Position numbers and translations under genes: made by a program. From Parcubacteria group bacterium (lineage in GTDB: Bacteria; Patescibacteriota; Minisyncoccia; Phycocordibacterales; Phycocordibacteraceae), in assembly GCA_028286605.1 (NCBI GenBank), contig JAQBRE010000002.1, forward strand, positions 124,219 through 188,218: a DNA stretch of 64,000 nucleotides, read 5' to 3'. The notes below the pieces were generated by a model. It was not told where the DNA came from, ran no database searches, and saw only the letters and a list, made by a program, of their open reading frames with translations. Below, in pieces: positions 48,611-57,774 of the stretch; within the stretch, counting starts at the first letter, position 1, and every line of letters starts with the position of its first letter.

Positions 48611-49309
48611 ATGACTCACACCGTACATCCTTACGCACACCGACTCGGCATCATTCGCGATTGGCGAAGCCGTTGGTTCGCTACAGACAAGAGGACTTAT
48701 CGCGAGAACATCCTCGTTGATGAGACTATCCGTGCCTTCCTCAAGAAGAAGCTCCGCAACATGCACATCGCAGAGATCGAGATCGAGCGCTCAGCAAGCG
48801 AGGTTCGCGTCATCCTCCACACCGCTCGTCCAGGCCTCGTAATCGGCCGTTCAGGCGAGAATGCGACGAAGATCCGCAAGGAACTCAGCCAGGCAGTCAT
48901 GAAGGTCGCTTCGAAGCATGGTCGCACTATCAAGCTCGACATCATGGAGATCCGCCAGCCGGAAACATCTGCAGCAGTCGTCGGCATGATGGTCGTCGAA
49001 GGTCTCGAGAAGCGCATGCCGTTCCGCCGTGTGCTTAAGCAGACGGTTGAGAAGGTTATGGCCGTTCGCGACGTTATCGGCGTTCGTGTGGTCGTTTCAG
49101 GCCGCCTGGGCGGTGCTGACATGAGCCGCACCGAGCAGATCAAGCGCGGCCGTATCCCGCTTCAGACCTTCCGCGCGAACATCGATTACTTCCATCAGGA
49201 AGCACTCCTTCCGTATGGCATCATCGGCGTGAAGGTGTGGATCTACCTCGGCGATCAGTTCTCTGCAGACAACGCGCCTGCGACTACTCCTAACAGCCGC
49301 ACTAAGTAA
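48611..49309 (+). CDS. rpsC: 30S ribosomal protein S3
   Basis: KH domain and S3 C-terminal domain. Confidence 0.9.
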   Translation: MTHTVHPYAHRLGIIRDWRSRWFATDKRTYRENILVDETIRAFLKKKLRNMHIAEIEIERSASEVRVILHTARPGLVIGRSGENATKIRKELSQAVMKVASKHGRTIKLDIMEIRQPETSAAVVGMMVVEGLEKRMPFRRVLKQTVEKVMAVRDVIGVRVVVSGRLGGADMSRTEQIKRGRIPLQTFRANIDYFHQEALLPYGIIGVKVWIYLGDQFSADNAPATTPNSRTK

Positions 49310-49315
49310 CCTGGT

Positions 49316-49738
49316 ATGTTGTTCCCTAAAAAAGTTAAGCATCGCAAGTGGCAGACAGGACGTAAAAGTCCTGAGAAGCTTGCTCGTCCTGACACCCGCG
49401 GTATCAACGTGTCATTCGGTTCATACGGCATGAAGGCGACGACGGCATCCCGCGTTACCTCTAACCAGATCGAAGCGGCACGTAAGGTACTTACGCGCGC
49501 GACAGGAAAGGGAGGCAAGCTCTGGATTCGCATCTTTCCGGACCGTCCTATCACCGAGAAGGCAGCTGGTCTGAAGATGGGTAAGGGAAAGGGGGATCCG
49601 AAGCACTTCGTATTCGAGGTACATCCAGGACGCGTACTCTTCGAGCTCGATGGTGTTGCAGACACGATCGCACGCGACGCTATGCGTCGCGCCGGCTCGA
49701 AGCTTCCGCTTAAGACGACCGTCGTCACTCGCATATAA
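49316..49738 (+). CDS. rplP: 50S ribosomal protein L16
   Basis: MLFPKKVKHRKWQTGR. Confidence 0.9.
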   Translation: MLFPKKVKHRKWQTGRKSPEKLARPDTRGINVSFGSYGMKATTASRVTSNQIEAARKVLTRATGKGGKLWIRIFPDRPITEKAAGLKMGKGKGDPKHFVFEVHPGRVLFELDGVADTIARDAMRRAGSKLPLKTTVVTRI

Positions 49739-49744
49739 ATTCGT

Positions 49745-49957
49745 ATGGCAAAGAAAACTAAACTCACAGAAAAGAACGCGGTAGAGCTCAAGAAGATGCT
49801 CGTCGAGATGCGCGAAGAGCTTCGCGTGACTCGCTTCGCATCGGTAGGCGCTCGTCCGAAGGACACGGCTGCACACGGCCGCATCCGCAAGGAAATCGCA
49901 CGCGTGCTCTACGAGCTCGGTATGCGCACTAAAGCTGCATCGAACGCAACTGCATAA
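49745..49957 (+). CDS. rpmC: 50S ribosomal protein L29
   Basis: 70 aa L29-like helix pair. Confidence 0.8.
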   Translation: MAKKTKLTEKNAVELKKMLVEMREELRVTRFASVGARPKDTAAHGRIRKEIARVLYELGMRTKAASNATA

Positions 49958-49965
49958 TATCTACT

Positions 49966-50217
49966 ATGGAAACAACTACTATTCGCCCCCAGACCTTCAA
50001 CGGAACTGTCGTAAAGACGGCCATGAAGGACACGGCTACTGTCGCAGTATCCCGTTACGTGAAGCACCCTAAGTACAAGAAGTACCAGGTGCGCACGAAG
50101 AAGTTCCTCGTGCATGACCCGGAGAACACCGCGAAGGTCGGTGATCAGGTTACTATCGTAGCCTGCCGCCCTATCTCGAAGCTCAAGCGCTTCAAGCTTT
50201 CGACTGCTACCGTATAA
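49966..50217 (+). CDS. rpsQ: 30S ribosomal protein S17
   Basis: GTVVKTAMKDTATVAVSRYVKHPKY. Confidence 0.9.
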   Translation: METTTIRPQTFNGTVVKTAMKDTATVAVSRYVKHPKYKKYQVRTKKFLVHDPENTAKVGDQVTIVACRPISKLKRFKLSTATV

Positions 50218-50239
50218 TTTTTTTACTAACTACTTATTT

Positions 50240-50617
50240 ATGCTTCAGCCACAATCAATCGTCACCGTTGCAGATAACTCAGGCGGCAAAGTCGCTCGCG
50301 TTTTCAAGGTGCTCGGTGGCTCGAAGCGCCGCTATGCGCAGCTCGGCGATGTCGTCGTCGTTTCTATCCAGACTGCTGAGCCCCGCAAAGCCGTTAAGAA
50401 GAAGGACATCTACAAGGCGGTCGTCGTACGCCAGAAGAAGGCGTTCCGTCGCGCTAACGGTTCATACATCCGCTTCGATGAGAACGCAGTCGTTCTTATC
50501 GAGAAGCAGGGTAAGGAAATGGGTCCTAAGGGTAACCGCGTATTCGGCCCGGTACCACGCGACCTCATAGAGCGCGGATGGCAGAACATCGCGTCCATCG
50601 CGCCTGAAGTCGTCTAA
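50240..50617 (+). CDS. rplN: 50S ribosomal protein L14
   Basis: MLQPQSIVTVADNSGGK. Confidence 0.9.
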   Translation: MLQPQSIVTVADNSGGKVARVFKVLGGSKRRYAQLGDVVVVSIQTAEPRKAVKKKDIYKAVVVRQKKAFRRANGSYIRFDENAVVLIEKQGKEMGPKGNRVFGPVPRDLIERGWQNIASIAPEVV

Positions 50618-50627
50618 TCTTTTGAAT

Positions 50628-50894
50628 ATGAAAATGAAACTCAAGAAAGGCGACAACGTAATAGTGGTATCCGGAAAGGATAAGGGAAAGACTGGCACGA
50701 TCAGCCGCGCATTTCCTAGCACCGGTCAGGTTGTTATCGACGGCGTTGCTATGGTGAAGCGTCACCTCAAGGCAGGCCGCAATGGTCAGGACTCCGGTTC
50801 GATCGTTGAGCGCCCTCGCGCTATCGACGCGTCGAACGTCATGTTCGTAGACGTTAAGACGAAGAAGGGGACTCGTAAGGTAACGCGCGCATAA
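50628..50894 (+). CDS. rplX: 50S ribosomal protein L24
   Basis: KKGDNVIVVSGKDKGKTG (KOW). First ATG at 50628; the track start at 50622 is TTG. Confidence 0.85.
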   Translation: MKMKLKKGDNVIVVSGKDKGKTGTISRAFPSTGQVVIDGVAMVKRHLKAGRNGQDSGSIVERPRAIDASNVMFVDVKTKKGTRKVTRA

Positions 50895-50904
50895 TCAATT
50901 TTTT

Positions 50905-51450
50905 ATGATTATCACCAAAGAAAAACAGAAGAACGCATTCGACACCCTCAAGGGTGAGTTCGGCTACAGCAACGTGATGGCAGCTCCTCGCCTCCAGAAG
51001 ATCGTCGTATCTTCAGGCGTCGGAAAGGCTCGTGATAAGAACCGCAACAAGCTCGTTGCAGATCGTCTTGCACGCATCACCGGCCAGAAGCCTTCGGAGC
51101 GCGTTGCAAAGCAGTCCATCGCATCGTTCAAGCTTCGTGAAGGCGAAATCGTGGGCTACCAGGTTACGCTCCGCGGCGCTCGCATGCAGGACTTCCTCGA
51201 CAAGCTCGTGAACATCGCGCTTCCACGTACGCGCGACTTCCGCGGCCTTTCGGTAAAGTCTATCGACGCTATGGGCAACTACACGATCGGTATCCGCGAG
51301 AACAGCATCTTCCCTGAGACTTCGGAAGAAGACCTCAAGGATGTGTTCGGCCTTTCGATCACGCTCGTGACTACCGCTACCGGCAAGCAAGAGGCAGAAG
51401 CGTTCTATCGCCACCTCGGTCTTCCGCTCAAGGTTGAAACGAAGGCGTAA
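50905..51450 (+). CDS. rplE: 50S ribosomal protein L5
   Basis: Full L5 similarity. Confidence 0.9.
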   Translation: MIITKEKQKNAFDTLKGEFGYSNVMAAPRLQKIVVSSGVGKARDKNRNKLVADRLARITGQKPSERVAKQSIASFKLREGEIVGYQVTLRGARMQDFLDKLVNIALPRTRDFRGLSVKSIDAMGNYTIGIRENSIFPETSEEDLKDVFGLSITLVTTATGKQEAEAFYRHLGLPLKVETKA

Positions 51451-51464
51451 ACCATCAGATGCAA

Positions 51465-51494
51465 TGAAAAAGCCCCGCAACGCGGGGCTTTTTC
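51465..51494 (+). terminator. Intrinsic terminator immediately after rplE
   Basis: agccccgc-aa-cgcggggct + TTTTC. Confidence 0.7.
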
Positions 51495-51495
51495 A

Positions 51496-51524
51496 TTGAC
51501 CCGCTTAGTAATCAAGAGTATATA
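51496..51524 (+). promoter_or_regulatory. Sigma70-like promoter for mini-gene 51561
   Basis: TTGACC-17nt-TATATA. Confidence 0.5.
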
Positions 51525-51560
51525 GAAAAAGGTTGGCGAATTGTACGTAGGAGTTTTGAA

Positions 51561-51758
51561 ATGCCACGAAGAAATTCGAGTCCCCAATATGGACCGGAGA
51601 AAACCAAGAAGGCCAGGAAGAACGAAGTCTGGGTCGGAGCAAAACTGTTCTATCTCGACGATAGAACGGGGAAGGTAATGGTGGCTGAATCCGACATGGA
51701 TCCCTACCTAGCGCCCCTTGAGGACATTCCTCAGAGGCTTCGCGCTCTATTACCCTAA
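51561..51758 (+). CDS. Small hypothetical protein (65 aa) forming a self-contained cassette between rplE and rpsN
   Basis: Own promoter. SD AGGAG 7 nt upstream. Own terminator. Confidence 0.45.
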   Translation: MPRRNSSPQYGPEKTKKARKNEVWVGAKLFYLDDRTGKVMVAESDMDPYLAPLEDIPQRLRALLP

Positions 51759-51777
51759 TTCGTTCATTCTGACACCC

Positions 51778-51811
51778 AAGGCCCTGCGGAAACGTGGGGC
51801 CTTTCCATTTG
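51778..51811 (+). terminator. Intrinsic terminator after the 65-aa ORF
   Basis: ggccctgcgg-aaac-gtggggcc + TTTCCATTT. Confidence 0.5.
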
Positions 51812-51912
51812 CGCATACATATTCAGGTGTACCGTACGCAGATGTGACGCCGGCCGAACGCGTTCTCGAACCCGCCTAAGCAGGCCTTTGCAGGCTAGAG
51901 CCTGCACTAAAG

Positions 51913-51940
51913 CACCCCCGAAGCCTTGGCTTCGGGGGTG
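51913..51940. repeat. Strong 12-13-bp perfect hairpin
   Basis: cacccccgaagcc-ttg-ggcttcgggggtg. Confidence 0.7.
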
Positions 51941-51955
51941 TCTGTCTTCATCAAT

Positions 51956-52009
51956 TTGACAGCCTAAATACTAACTGATACATTACTTGCACGCTCTCCG
52001 GAGCTCTTT
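51956..52009 (+). promoter_or_regulatory. Promoter-like TTGACA-17-TACATT plus palindromic leader + T5 upstream of rpsN
   Basis: TTGACA gcctaaatactaactga TACATT. Then ctccggagctc TTTTT, 5 nt before the ATG. Confidence 0.4.
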
Positions 52010-52014
52010 TTCGT

Positions 52015-52284
52015 ATGGCAAAAAAATCCCAAATCGCCCGCAACGCCAAGAAGGTGAAGCTCGTCGCGCAGTACGCTGAAAAGCGGGCTGCTCTTAAGGC
52101 TGCAGGTGACTGGGAAGGTCTTCAGCTCCTACCGAAGAATTCGTCTCCGGTACGCGTAAAGAATCGTTGTGCTATCACGGGCCGTGGACGTGGCTATATG
52201 CGCACGTTCGGTCTTTCTCGCATCCAGTTCCGCGAGATGGCTCGCGAAGGGAAGATCCCGGGCGTTAAGAAAGCATCTTGGTAA
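52015..52284 (+). CDS. rpsN: 30S ribosomal protein S14 (89-aa form)
   Basis: C-terminal [26 protein letters not shown]. Confidence 0.85.
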   Translation: MAKKSQIARNAKKVKLVAQYAEKRAALKAAGDWEGLQLLPKNSSPVRVKNRCAITGRGRGYMRTFGLSRIQFREMAREGKIPGVKKASW

Positions 52285-52293
52285 TATTTTTGT

Positions 52294-52686
52294 ATGGTAT
52301 CTGACCGCGTAGGAGATTTTATAATTCGTTTGAAGAATGCTGGAGCTATCGGTAATCCGATGGTAACGGCGCCGCACTCCAAGCATGTGGAGGCGATCGC
52401 GAACAAGCTTAAGGAGCTCGGCTTCGTAGAGCGCGTCGAAGTTTCGAAGACTGCGCCTATGCAGATCACGGTGAAGCTCGCCTATGATGAGCGCGGTACT
52501 CACAAGATCACTGATGTGAAGCGCATTTCAAAGCCAGGTCGTCGTCTCTATGTTTCTTCGACGGAAGCGCATAGCGTTAAGAACGGCATGGGTGCTCGCA
52601 TCCTTTCGACTCCTAAGGGAATCCTTACGGACAAGGAAGCTCGCAAGGTACGCGCTGGCGGAGAGAATCTCTTCGAGATCTGGTAA
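52294..52686 (+). CDS. rpsH: 30S ribosomal protein S8
   Basis: S8 similarity. Confidence 0.9.
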   Translation: MVSDRVGDFIIRLKNAGAIGNPMVTAPHSKHVEAIANKLKELGFVERVEVSKTAPMQITVKLAYDERGTHKITDVKRISKPGRRLYVSSTEAHSVKNGMGARILSTPKGILTDKEARKVRAGGENLFEIW

Positions 52687-52696
52687 TTATTTACAT

Positions 52697-53230
52697 ATGA
52701 GCCGCCTAGCTAAGAAACCAATTCAGATCCCTGCGAAAGTAACGGTCACCTCAGGTGACGGCATGCTTACCGTGAAGGGCTCTAAGGACACGCTCTCGCA
52801 GTCCATCCATTCTTCGATCTCTATCAATGTTACGGACGAAGGCGTGGTTATCACCCAGAACAACTCGAGCAAGCTTTCAAAGGCTCTCACCGGAACTTTC
52901 GCTGCACTTCTTAATTCGATGATGCTCGGCGTCGAGACACCGTTCAAGAAGACGCTCATCCTTAACGGCGTCGGATACAAGGTAGAGCTTCGCGGCAATG
53001 AACTCGTCTTTGCAGTTGGTTTCTCGCACCCTGTCGTTCTTAAGGTTCCAGAAGGCATCACGGCAACGGTAGTTAAGACGACTATTACGATCGAAGGTTC
53101 AGACAAGCAGAAGGTCGGCCAGTTCTCCGCAGAAGTCCGTGCCGTTAAGCCGCCAGAGCCGTATCTCGGAAAGGGCATCAAGTACGACACTGAAGTGATT
53201 CGTCGCAAGCAGGGCAAGAAGGCCGTATAA
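52697..53230 (+). CDS. rplF: 50S ribosomal protein L6
   Basis: [17 protein letters not shown]. Confidence 0.9.
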   Translation: MSRLAKKPIQIPAKVTVTSGDGMLTVKGSKDTLSQSIHSSISINVTDEGVVITQNNSSKLSKALTGTFAALLNSMMLGVETPFKKTLILNGVGYKVELRGNELVFAVGFSHPVVLKVPEGITATVVKTTITIEGSDKQKVGQFSAEVRAVKPPEPYLGKGIKYDTEVIRRKQGKKAV

Positions 53231-53235
53231 CATTT

Positions 53236-53577
53236 ATGATTACCTCAACCAAAGCACTCCGCGTTCGTCGCCATGCACGCATCCGTTCCCGCGTTTCGGG
53301 TACGCCTGCTCGCCCGCGCCTCGCTATTCACCGCTCGAACCGTTTCGTTTCAGCGCAGGTTATCGACGATGTCGCTGGCAAGACGCTTGCAAGCGCGCAC
53401 GGCCGCGAGTTCAAGGGTGCACAGACATTGCAGGCAGCTGCAGTAGGGAAGGCTATCGCAGAGCGCGCGAAGGCGGCTGGCGTAGAGACCGTGGTCTTCG
53501 ACCGCGGAGGATACTCGTACGCAGCGCAGGTTAAGAAGCTTGCTGACGCAGCACGCGAAGGCGGACTCGCATTCTAA
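53236..53577 (+). CDS. rplR: 50S ribosomal protein L18
   Basis: L18 similarity. Confidence 0.9.
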   Translation: MITSTKALRVRRHARIRSRVSGTPARPRLAIHRSNRFVSAQVIDDVAGKTLASAHGREFKGAQTLQAAAVGKAIAERAKAAGVETVVFDRGGYSYAAQVKKLADAAREGGLAF

Positions 53578-53582
53578 TTTTT

Positions 53583-54230
53583 ATGACTGACACCATGACC
53601 GAAACTGAAATCACTCCTGAGGTTGCTCCTGTAGCAGCTGAGGTAGCGGCTGCGCCTGTCGTAGACGCTGCAGCACCAGCGGCACCTGCAGCAGACCCGC
53701 GTGCGGGCTCATTCCGCGGAAGTGATCGTGGTGGCCGCCCAGGCGGACGTCCCGGAGGTCGCCCTGGTGGCCGTCCCCGCGAACGCGCTCCTCGTGAGCG
53801 CAGCGAGTTCGAGCAGGCTACGCTCGAGGTACGTCGCGTGGCCCGCGTTATGGCCGGAGGCCGCCGCTTCTCGTTCAGCGTTACGGTAGTTATCGGTGAT
53901 AAGAAAGGACGTGTCGGCGTCGGTATCGGAAAGGGTGCAGATACGGCACTCGCTATCGACAAGGCAGTCCGTTCAGCTAAGAAGGCGCTCTTCACCGTTC
54001 CTCTTACCAAGGATCGTTCTATCCGCCACGAAGTACATGCGAAGTACGCATCGAGCGTCGTGGAAATCATTCCTTCGCCAGGCCGCGGTATCGTTGCAGG
54101 TTCGGCTATGCGCGTCGTGCTCGAGCACGCGGGCGTTACGAACGTGATCGCGAAGATCCAGACACGCACGAAGAACAAGCTCACCATCGCACGCGCGACG
54201 GTCGCCGCGCTTAAGCAGCTCAAAGGCTAA
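53583..54230 (+). CDS. rpsE: 30S ribosomal protein S5 with ~75-aa Ala/Pro-rich N-terminal extension containing a (GGRP)4 repeat
   Basis: S5 dsRBD and C-terminal domain. Tandem 12-nt repeats at 53731-53778. Confidence 0.9.
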   Translation: MTDTMTETEITPEVAPVAAEVAAAPVVDAAAPAAPAADPRAGSFRGSDRGGRPGGRPGGRPGGRPRERAPRERSEFEQATLEVRRVARVMAGGRRFSFSVTVVIGDKKGRVGVGIGKGADTALAIDKAVRSAKKALFTVPLTKDRSIRHEVHAKYASSVVEIIPSPGRGIVAGSAMRVVLEHAGVTNVIAKIQTRTKNKLTIARATVAALKQLKG

Positions 54231-54250
54231 TACGCGTCACTACAATTTTT

Positions 54251-54706
54251 ATGCAAACAAACACTCTCGCCCCTAAGACTGATCGCATCACTTCGATGCG
54301 TGTTGGTCGTGGCGGAACACGCGGCAAGACTTCGGGTCGTGGTACTAAGGGTCAGAACGCACGTGCAGGACACAAGAAGCGTCCTGAATTCCGTGACCTC
54401 ATCAAGAAGATGCCGAAGCGCCGTGGATACGGTAAGAACCGTTCTCGTACCGTACGCCCTCGCATCGGATACACCGGCGTAAACCTCGCTGCGCTTGAGA
54501 ATCACTTCAATGCTGGCGATGCTATCACTCCGATCGCTCTCCTTCAGAAGGATCTCGTCGGTAGCCGCGGCGGCTACCTCACGCAGGTGAAGATCCTCGG
54601 TACCGGAACTCTCACGAAGAGCTTCACCGTTACCGGCTGCCTGTTCTCAGAAGCTGCAAAGACGGCTATCGAGGCAGCAGGAGGTACAATCTCCTATGGT
54701 GAGTAA
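54251..54706 (+). CDS. rplO: 50S ribosomal protein L15 (directly follows rpsE; no L30 gene)
   Basis: L15 similarity. Confidence 0.9.
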   Translation: MQTNTLAPKTDRITSMRVGRGGTRGKTSGRGTKGQNARAGHKKRPEFRDLIKKMPKRRGYGKNRSRTVRPRIGYTGVNLAALENHFNAGDAITPIALLQKDLVGSRGGYLTQVKILGTGTLTKSFTVTGCLFSEAAKTAIEAAGGTISYGE

Positions 54707-55961
54707 ATTCTTTCGCAAGCTCGGACTTATCTTCGCCGACAAGGCGCTCCGCAACCGCATCCTATTTCTTCTAGGAGCTATCGCCGTATTCCGTTTCCTC
54801 GCTGCTATTCCGATTCCAGGCGTCGATCGCACGGCACTGCAGGCATTCTTCGTGAACAATCAGTACCTCGGCCTCCTGAACGTATTCTCGGGCGGCGGCT
54901 TCTCGCACGTATCCATCGTGCTTCTTGGTGTTGGTCCGTACATCACGGCATCTATCATCATGCAGCTCGCGACGGTTATCTTCCCGAAGGTGAAGGAGAT
55001 GTACACCGAAGAGGGCGAGGCAGGACGCACGCAATTCATTTCTATATCCCGCATGATCACGATTCCGATCGCGATCCTTCAGGCCGTCGCATTTCTCTCG
55101 CTCCTTGAGAGCCAGCACGTGCTTCTTACGCTTACGCCATTCGCGTTCGCGATAAACGTATTCCTCGTTGCTGCCGGCTCCATCCTACTTATGTGGATCG
55201 GCGAGCTCATCACGGAATTCGGTATCGGTAACGGCGTTTCGCTCATCATCTTCGCCGGCATCATCGCACGCATTCCATCTGGTGTTTCTCAGGCGCTCTT
55301 CAGCGCATCGACATCGAACATTCCCGCATACCTGGGCTTCGCGCTTCTTGCGGTCGCGGTGGTATACGCGGTGGTGCTCGTTTCAGAAGCTGAGCGTTCG
55401 ATTCCTATCGCATACGCGCGCCAGGTTCGTGGCGGCATCAGCGCGGCAACCTATCTTCCTATCCGTCTCCTTCAGGCTGGCGTGATTCCTATAATCTTCG
55501 CTCTTTCGCTCCTGCTCCTTCCGCAGATGCTTTTCTCGGCACTTGCCTCTATCGGCGTTAGCTGGGCAACGGGCCTCGCGACGGGCTACGCCGTCTTCAC
55601 GGGCAATCCATTCGCATACGGCACGGCATACTTCCTGCTCGTTATCATGTTCACGTTCTTCTACACGACCATCACCTTCGAGCCCAAGCGCGTCGCAGAC
55701 AATCTTCAGAAGTCCGGTGCATTCGTTCCTGGCGTTCGTCCTGGAAACGAAACGGAAAATTATATCGGTAAGATCGTTACGCGCATCACGCTTCCAGGCG
55801 CTATCTTCCTTGGTTTCGTTGCCGTCATTCCATTCATCATCGAAGGACTCACAGGTATCACTGCCGTGCTCGTCGGCGGTACCGCGCTCCTTATTGCGGT
55901 TCAGGTATTGCTTGATCTCATCCGCAAGATCGATGCGCACGCATCGTTGAAGGAATATTAG
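54696..55961 (+). CDS. secY: Preprotein translocase SecY
   Basis: 10 TM helices, full SecY similarity. Overlaps rplO by 11 nt. Confidence 0.9.
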   Translation: MVSKFFRKLGLIFADKALRNRILFLLGAIAVFRFLAAIPIPGVDRTALQAFFVNNQYLGLLNVFSGGGFSHVSIVLLGVGPYITASIIMQLATVIFPKVKEMYTEEGEAGRTQFISISRMITIPIAILQAVAFLSLLESQHVLLTLTPFAFAINVFLVAAGSILLMWIGELITEFGIGNGVSLIIFAGIIARIPSGVSQALFSASTSNIPAYLGFALLAVAVVYAVVLVSEAERSIPIAYARQVRGGISAATYLPIRLLQAGVIPIIFALSLLLLPQMLFSALASIGVSWATGLATGYAVFTGNPFAYGTAYFLLVIMFTFFYTTITFEPKRVADNLQKSGAFVPGVRPGNETENYIGKIVTRITLPGAIFLGFVAVIPFIIEGLTGITAVLVGGTALLIAVQVLLDLIRKIDAHASLKEY

Positions 55962-55991
55962 AAAAAACCGGCCTATGGCCGGTTTTTTCGT
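55960..55991 (+). terminator. Intrinsic terminator after secY
   Basis: aaccggcc-tat-ggccggtt + TTTTTT. Confidence 0.75.
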
Positions 55992-56009
55992 ACATGCTAC
56001 ATTTTGTAT

Positions 56010-56582
56010 ATGAACGAGCCCAAGACCGTATTTTTCATAGGCAAGCCTGGTTCCGGAAAGGGAACGCAGGCTAAGCTGCTTGGCGACCGTACTGGCTGGA
56101 CCGTGCTTGGTGCCGGCTCTGAATTCCGCGCCATTGCTGAGGAAAACACGCTCGTGGGCCGCAAGATAAAGCGCGAAATGGGTCAGGGATTGCTCGCGCC
56201 GCACTGGTTCGCTATGTACCTGTATCAGAAAGCGCTTTTCTCCGTTTCTGAAGATACGAGCGTCATATTCGATGGATTCAGTCGCAAGCCCGAAGAAGCT
56301 GAGTTGATTATTTCTTCGCTTACATGGATCGGCAGAACATTCCACGTTCTGAACATAAATGTTTCTGACGAAGAGGTAACGCGCCGTTTGGTCGGTCGCG
56401 CGCAGACATCAGGCCGTGTTGATGACGGTAAGTTCGCCGTTGAAGAGCGCTTGCAAGAGTATCAGGAATATACGACAAAATCGCTCGATATCTTTCGAAC
56501 GATGGGTGTACTGATAGACATTAACGGCGAACAGACTCCTGATGCTATTGCAGTGGATGTTGCTCTGGCACTCGGCCTTTAA
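56010..56582 (+). CDS. adk: Adenylate kinase (short form, no zinc-lid cysteines evident)
   Basis: GKPGSGKGTQ P-loop. First ATG at 56010; the track start at 56004 is TTG. Confidence 0.85.
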   Translation: MNEPKTVFFIGKPGSGKGTQAKLLGDRTGWTVLGAGSEFRAIAEENTLVGRKIKREMGQGLLAPHWFAMYLYQKALFSVSEDTSVIFDGFSRKPEEAELIISSLTWIGRTFHVLNINVSDEEVTRRLVGRAQTSGRVDDGKFAVEERLQEYQEYTTKSLDIFRTMGVLIDINGEQTPDAIAVDVALALGL

Positions 56583-56586
56583 TTTT

Positions 56587-57360
56587 ATGAACGTACGAAC
56601 TGTAGAAGAGCGAACTAATTTACTTGAAGCAGGACGCCGTTTCGGCGTCATTCTTGAAGCGCTTATGGCCGAGGTGAAGCCAGGTGTTACGACAGGCGAG
56701 CTTGATGCATCTGCAGAGAAGATGATTCGTGACGGAGGTGATGACCCTGTATTCAAGGGCTACACCCCAGAGGGTGCGAACCGACCGTTCCCAGCGGCGC
56801 TCTGTATTTCAGTGAATGATGAGGTAGTGCACGGCATTCCAGGTGCTCGCGTCCTTAAGGAAGGCGACATCGTTTCGCTCGACCTCGGCCTTTCGCATAA
56901 AGGAATGATCGTCGATTCTGCTGTAACGGTGCCGGTAGGGAAGACGGATGCGAAGTCGTATGCGCTCATGGACACGACGCGCATGGCGCTTGATACTGCT
57001 ATCGCTGCAGCACGCGTGGGTAATCGTATCGGAGACATCTCACATGCCACGGAAGAAGCATATGAAGGATCAGGTTTTTCTGTCGTACGTATATTGGGAG
57101 GTCATGGCGTCGGAGCGCAGGTGCACGAAGAACCGTTCGTTGCGAATGTCGGGCATCCGGGAACGGGGGAGGAAATCGTAGACGGCATGGTGCTTGCGCT
57201 CGAGCCGATCGCGAACGCAGGACGTGCAGGCGTGCACATTCTTCCAGACGGTTATACCTTCACTACGAAAGACGGTTCGCGCAGCGCGCATTTCGAACAC
57301 ACTATCTTGATTGAGAAGGAGGGAACGATCGTCGTTACGAAGCGTCCGAGCGAGTCCTAG
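56587..57360 (+). CDS. map: Methionine aminopeptidase type I
   Basis: Pita-bread fold metal ligands (D..D..H..E..E pattern). Confidence 0.9.
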   Translation: MNVRTVEERTNLLEAGRRFGVILEALMAEVKPGVTTGELDASAEKMIRDGGDDPVFKGYTPEGANRPFPAALCISVNDEVVHGIPGARVLKEGDIVSLDLGLSHKGMIVDSAVTVPVGKTDAKSYALMDTTRMALDTAIAAARVGNRIGDISHATEEAYEGSGFSVVRILGGHGVGAQVHEEPFVANVGHPGTGEEIVDGMVLALEPIANAGRAGVHILPDGYTFTTKDGSRSAHFEHTILIEKEGTIVVTKRPSES

Positions 57361-57428
57361 TTCATCAGCTTTTAATAAAGAGGTGCGTACGATGCAGGAA
57401 TACTAGCTTGTAACCTAATATCAACTTT

Positions 57429-57710
57429 ATGGCGGATACAATCATAACGACGCAGCCTGCTTCTTCTTCCGATAACTCTTCCGCAGGGTGGGTGATCGCC
57501 GTTATCATCCTTCTTCTGCTCGTCGCAGGCGGTGCGTATGCATGGATGCATAGCGGAGGCACTCCGACTACGCCAGCAGGAGGCTCAGCGAATATAAACG
57601 TTACGCTTCCATCGGGCGGATCAGGCAGTACGGGCGGTACCGCACCTGCAGGCGGCACAGCTGCTGGCGGCGATACGTCCGCCGCAGCACCTGCTTCGAC
57701 GGGATACTAA
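57429..57710 (+). CDS. Small single-TM protein with GAYAW motif and Gly/Thr-rich C-terminal tail
   Basis: Paralogous to 9301..9537. Confidence 0.4.
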   Translation: MADTIITTQPASSSDNSSAGWVIAVIILLLLVAGGAYAWMHSGGTPTTPAGGSANINVTLPSGGSGSTGGTAPAGGTAAGGDTSAAAPASTGY

Positions 57711-57721
57711 ATCGGTTTGGT

Positions 57722-57760
57722 GCAAAACAGGCCCGTCTCGCAGAGACGGGCCTGTTTTGC
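57722..57760 (+). terminator. Intrinsic terminator immediately upstream of ndk
   Basis: aaaacaggcccgtctc-gcag-agacgggcctgtttt. Confidence 0.75.
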
Positions 57761-57774
57761 TATACTCCGTTGAT

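Noticed and set aside
53731-53778. Periodic 12-nt direct repeats, checked as a possible CRISPR-like or VNTR element
   Set aside because: They are in-frame codons for the (GGRP)4 repeat inside rpsE. No spacer-repeat architecture is present anywhere in the window.
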